Shown piece by piece: positions 61,022 through 64,000 of a stretch of 64,000 nucleotides of DNA (position 1 is the stretch's first letter; the number at the start of each line of letters is the position of its first letter). The position numbers and the translations under genes were made by a program. The notes under the pieces were generated by a model. It ran no database searches and was not told the origin of the DNA. It worked only from the letters and a program-made list of their open reading frames with translations. The stretch is taken from IMG/VR virus record IMGVR_UViG_3300027861_000016, positions 31,931-95,930 of that record, one strand, 5' to 3'. This DNA comes from a virus.

Positions 61022-61887
61022 TCTGAATTAACTGTTAATTTACTTGTATCTCCACAACCACCATCTAGACAGTAGGTGCGATCACACATCTTAGCAATCT
61101 TAGCTAGTACTTGATCTATAGTAGCTAACTCATCCAATTTAGTATCTGTAAGAGCTGAGTATTTATTATTGAATCCATACTCTGATTGTAATTTCATGAA
61201 GTAAGTCTCCTTTAAAGCAAACATTCTTATTACTTTTACTTCAGCACTAGAGTCATATTCACAAGTACAATCTCTTGTATCTTGACATAATAAATCTTCT
61301 ATGAATGCTGTAAAACAAGCATCTAATTTACAGAAAGTATTTAGTACATATTCTGTGTGAGTCTCATTATAATCTACAGATACTATAAATAATCCTATTT
61401 CCTCAAATGTTATAGTAGCAGAAGTATTAGCTGCTAAAGCTGTACTTTCTACAATAGTGTCTCCTTGTACATTCTTAATACCATAAGTAGCATCTATTGT
61501 AGTAGATTTGTTACTCATTGAGAATGTATCACAAGCAATATAATCAAAAGTAATAAATTCTGAGGCTGGTATGATTACTTCATAAGTACTAGTTAATCCT
61601 GTTTCAACTTCTGTAATTACCACATCTACAGTGTAATCACCTTGTTTACTTAAAGTAACAGTATAACCTAAATTGTCTTGATCTGTTGTACTTGTAAAAC
61701 CTCTTGAATAAGGAGTTAGTTCTATATTATCTGGATCACTTCCTGAATACTCTATAGTATAACTATAAAGTGGATTTAATCCTGTTATTGTAGGCATTAC
61801 TTGTACATCACTATACAAAGCAAATTCATCTACTCCTCCTAATTGGTCTTGTGATGAATATATTGAAAACGTTGTATTTATAGCCAT
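61006..61887 (-). CDS. Tail hub-like structural protein (Ig-like N-terminus, Cys-rich C-terminus ...DCGCS)
   Basis: C.L..CF...C.C and CGC terminal pattern seen in crAss tail hub proteins. Confidence 0.5.
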   Translation of the reverse strand: MAINTTFSIYSSQDQLGGVDEFALYSDVQVMPTITGLNPLYSYTIEYSGSDPDNIELTPYSRGFTSTTDQDNLGYTVTLSKQGDYTVDVVITEVETGLTSTYEVIIPASEFITFDYIACDTFSMSNKSTTIDATYGIKNVQGDTIVESTALAANTSATITFEEIGLFIVSVDYNETHTEYVLNTFCKLDACFTAFIEDLLCQDTRDCTCEYDSSAEVKVIRMFALKETYFMKLQSEYGFNNKYSALTDTKLDELATIDQVLAKIAKMCDRTYCLDGGCGDTSKLTVNSDCGCS

Positions 61888-62267
61888 AATCCTATTAATG
61901 TTGTTATAGTTAAAATCATTATTATAGTTTTACCTATTTTAATAACTTTGGTTTGTTTTTTTATCTTATTATCTTTATGTTTTATTATCTCATCTCTATT
62001 ATCTATAGCATCTTTTAAGTTGATAGTGATCTCTTCATTAATACTATCCGATAGATTATAGTAATAGTTCTGACTCTTTAAATTTTTGATCTCGACTAGA
62101 GCTGTATCATACTTCTCAATATATTCTAATCTTTCAAGATTAGACCTAGCTAATATCTCCAAAGTATCTCTAGAGAAACAATATCTATAAGTGGTCTGTA
62201 CAGAAGAATATGAGCTTATTGAGAGAATCATTAGTAACAAAAATAACACCGTCTTTAGCTTCTTCAT
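61878..62267 (-). CDS. Spanin-like lysis component
   Basis: Signal-like N-terminus, coiled-coil, C-terminal TM; overlaps 62185-62478. Confidence 0.45.
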   Translation of the reverse strand: MKKLKTVLFLLLMILSISSYSSVQTTYRYCFSRDTLEILARSNLERLEYIEKYDTALVEIKNLKSQNYYYNLSDSINEEITINLKDAIDNRDEIIKHKDNKIKKQTKVIKIGKTIIMILTITTLIGLWL

Positions 62268-62478
62268 ATCTTTCAGTTATTATTATAGTATCTCTAATTT
62301 TATCTATAGCTTGTAAAGAATCTATTGTCTTATTTAAAGTATCTAATTCTTTATACTTCTCATTCAATACTTCTACTAAACTATCATTAGGTGTCACAGG
62401 TACATTTGTTCTTATTTTAATAAAAGTACATATAAGAACTACACTAATACTTAGACATATTACTATAAAGTATTTCAT
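62185..62478 (-). CDS. Spanin-like (inner) lysis component
   Basis: N-terminal TM plus coiled-coil, after the holin. Confidence 0.45.
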   Translation of the reverse strand: MKYFIVICLSISVVLICTFIKIRTNVPVTPNDSLVEVLNEKYKELDTLNKTIDSLQAIDKIRDTIIITERYEEAKDGVIFVTNDSLNKLIFFCTDHL

Positions 62479-62687
62479 CGTTTAGGTATAAGGTTATTAA
62501 ATAGATCTGTGAAGAATGAGTCTTTAGCCATAATGAATGCACAGCCAGCTCCAACTAATAAGATAGAAGCCCAAATACTCACAGGAGCTATAATACCAAA
62601 CATTCCTAAGAATATTTGTAATAAACCAGCAATAGATAGAATAGTTCCTATCATTGTAGTAATCCAATTTTTAAGTGCTTTTTTCAT
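62475..62687 (-). CDS. Holin
   Basis: KNWITT..G, two TMs and AKD motif; adjacent to the endolysin. Confidence 0.65.
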   Translation of the reverse strand: MKKALKNWITTMIGTILSIAGLLQIFLGMFGIIAPVSIWASILLVGAGCAFIMAKDSFFTDLFNNLIPKR

Positions 62688-62688
62688 A

Positions 62689-63363
62689 TCAAATTAAGTT
62701 TAGTTCAACCTTCTCCTCTACTCTACGTTGAGCTGACCAAGTTAGTTTCGCAACTATATCTCTAAAATGAGGATCATTCATTTTCACAGCATCTTTTCTA
62801 TTAGTATAGAATCCTATCTCTGGTAATATCCAAGGACAATGTGTTCTTACTAATTCCCAAAAGTTCTTTTCTTTATCTAAATCTTTTATAGATATGTCCC
62901 AGAAATCCTTTCTAAAATTCATATCTAAGTTCTCATAGAAGCTTCCAAATATGTCTGCTATTTTATCAGACTTAGTTTGTCCTATAGATGTAAATATCTC
63001 TACACCATTAGCATAAGCTGTACTAGCTGCATTACCATGTAATGAAATACCTATAGGATAAAATCCCTTCTTCCTTAAATCAAAGATTATTTTATTAGCT
63101 CTATATGTCTTCTCTCTTACAGATATATCTTCATCTTCTGGATTTATGATTACGAAATTACTATTAGAGTATAAATTAATATCTACTACTCTAGCAATAA
63201 TATCTCTACCATAAACCCATTCTTTTATTTGGAAATCATTTGCTTTATTATCTTGGAAGACTGGCCCTCTTTTACCAGGAGTATCTTTACCATGACATAA
63301 TGAATACAACCAAACTGTTTTCCCAGGTCCTTCTAAATGTTCTTTTATCATCCTACTCATCAC
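62689..63363 (-). CDS. Endolysin, N-acetylmuramoyl-L-alanine amidase (Amidase_3)
   Basis: HG..TPGKR...E, SLHGNA, G.EIFT, LPEIGFYTN. Confidence 0.88.
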   Translation of the reverse strand: MMSRMIKEHLEGPGKTVWLYSLCHGKDTPGKRGPVFQDNKANDFQIKEWVYGRDIIARVVDINLYSNSNFVIINPEDEDISVREKTYRANKIIFDLRKKGFYPIGISLHGNAASTAYANGVEIFTSIGQTKSDKIADIFGSFYENLDMNFRKDFWDISIKDLDKEKNFWELVRTHCPWILPEIGFYTNRKDAVKMNDPHFRDIVAKLTWSAQRRVEEKVELNLI

Positions 63364-63688
63364 AAATTTGCATTGATTCTACAGTTGTTTTTAATACAGT
63401 AATACATTGAAAAACTTCCTTATTGAAGTCTCCTTGTTTTTCATCTTTCCTTCTTTGCATATCTAAAGCTTGTTTTTGAAAAGAAGCTTCATTCTCAATT
63501 CTAGTATTCATTGTTTCAAGTAAAGCATATAATGTAACTATGTCTATTTTCTTCTCCTGTTCTGTTTCCAAAGCCATTACTTTCTCAGTAACAATTGAAA
63601 TATGTATTATAGAAGATATAATTACTACTCCAAAAACACCTACAAACCATTTTAACCAATTGGTTAGATTATTCATTGTCTCTCCCAT
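63353..63688 (-). CDS. TM/coiled-coil protein (holin- or antiholin-like)
   Basis: Single TM plus coiled-coil immediately upstream of the endolysin. Confidence 0.45.
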   Translation of the reverse strand: MGETMNNLTNWLKWFVGVFGVVIISSIIHISIVTEKVMALETEQEKKIDIVTLYALLETMNTRIENEASFQKQALDMQRRKDEKQGDFNKEVFQCITVLKTTVESMQICDE

Positions 63689-63690
63689 AA

Positions 63691-63999
63691 TTATATATTC
63701 TTTATAATTTGCGGAGTTATTGAAGTGTTATCTGAAATAAAGAAATAACTACAATAGTATACAAACTCTAAATCACATGTTTTAAACGCTCTAGTCGTAA
63801 GATCTACAGTATAAAAACCGCTTTTAATTTCTGCTTTTGTTTCATTCTCATTGATGAATTTATGAAGCTCTCTAAATGTTTTGTCGTAAACTTCAACATT
63901 CAAACTATCTGCTATTGATACTAATAAATCAATAGCTTCTTTTGCAGGAACAACATCTAATAACGATTTGTTAATGTCAAACCAAACATCACCGTTACA
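63691..63999 (-). CDS. Hypothetical protein, 5' end beyond window
   Basis: The frame of the 63691-63903 ORF stays open to the window end (CNGDVWFDINKSLLDVV...). Confidence 0.55.
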   Translation of the reverse strand, partial: CNGDVWFDINKSLLDVVPAKEAIDLLVSIADSLNVEVYDKTFRELHKFINENETKAEIKSGFYTVDLTTRAFKTCDLEFVYYCSYFFISDNTSITPQIIKNI

Positions 64000-64000
64000 A

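Noticed and set aside
460-62697. Short ORFs antisense to or nested in long genes (e.g. 460-711, 2017-2199, 17418-17723, 37492-37884, 46373-46672, 58926-59210)
   Set aside because: Shadow ORFs opposite well-supported genes, with no motifs.
1-64000. Stop-codon reassignment (TAG/TGA) as in some crAss-like phages
   Set aside because: Core genes are full length in the standard code, TAG and TGA end genes at sensible positions, and no canonical suppressor tRNA was seen.

Overview
A 64-kb, AT-rich segment of a crAss-like phage (Crassvirales-type podovirus) of a Bacteroidota host, read in the standard genetic code. Positions 1-21.5 kb (minus strand) hold the virion and packaging block: muzzle, ring proteins, auxiliary capsid protein, major capsid protein (MCP), scaffold, portal, intein-containing large terminase (TerL), IHF-like and RepL-like genes, and small accessory ORFs. 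A divergent strand switch at about 21.6 kb opens a plus-strand arm (21.7-56.3 kb). Its early/accessory part carries an RlmN/Cfr-like radical SAM enzyme, a PNK-type phosphatase, several non-coding elements, and an AAA-vWA-nucleotidyltransferase-PrimPol cluster. Its replication/nucleotide part carries PolB, ligase, SF2 and DnaB helicases, AAA_24 ATPase, primase, exonuclease, class II RNR, ThyX and dUTPase. Positions 56.3-64 kb (minus strand) hold tail fibre/hub genes, a GT25 glycosyltransferase and the lysis cassette. The most unusual signal is non-coding. (i) A promoter-driven ~650-nt locus combines a CopT/Inc-like UUGGCG hairpin with a large pseudoknotted RNA, a candidate plasmid-style RNA-controlled replicon or regulator. 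(ii) Three tRNA-like RNAs keep the acceptor stem and T-arm but have non-canonical anticodon domains. (iii) A pseudoknotted ~180-nt RNA lies inside the head operon. All functional calls come from motif recognition by eye; no searches were run.
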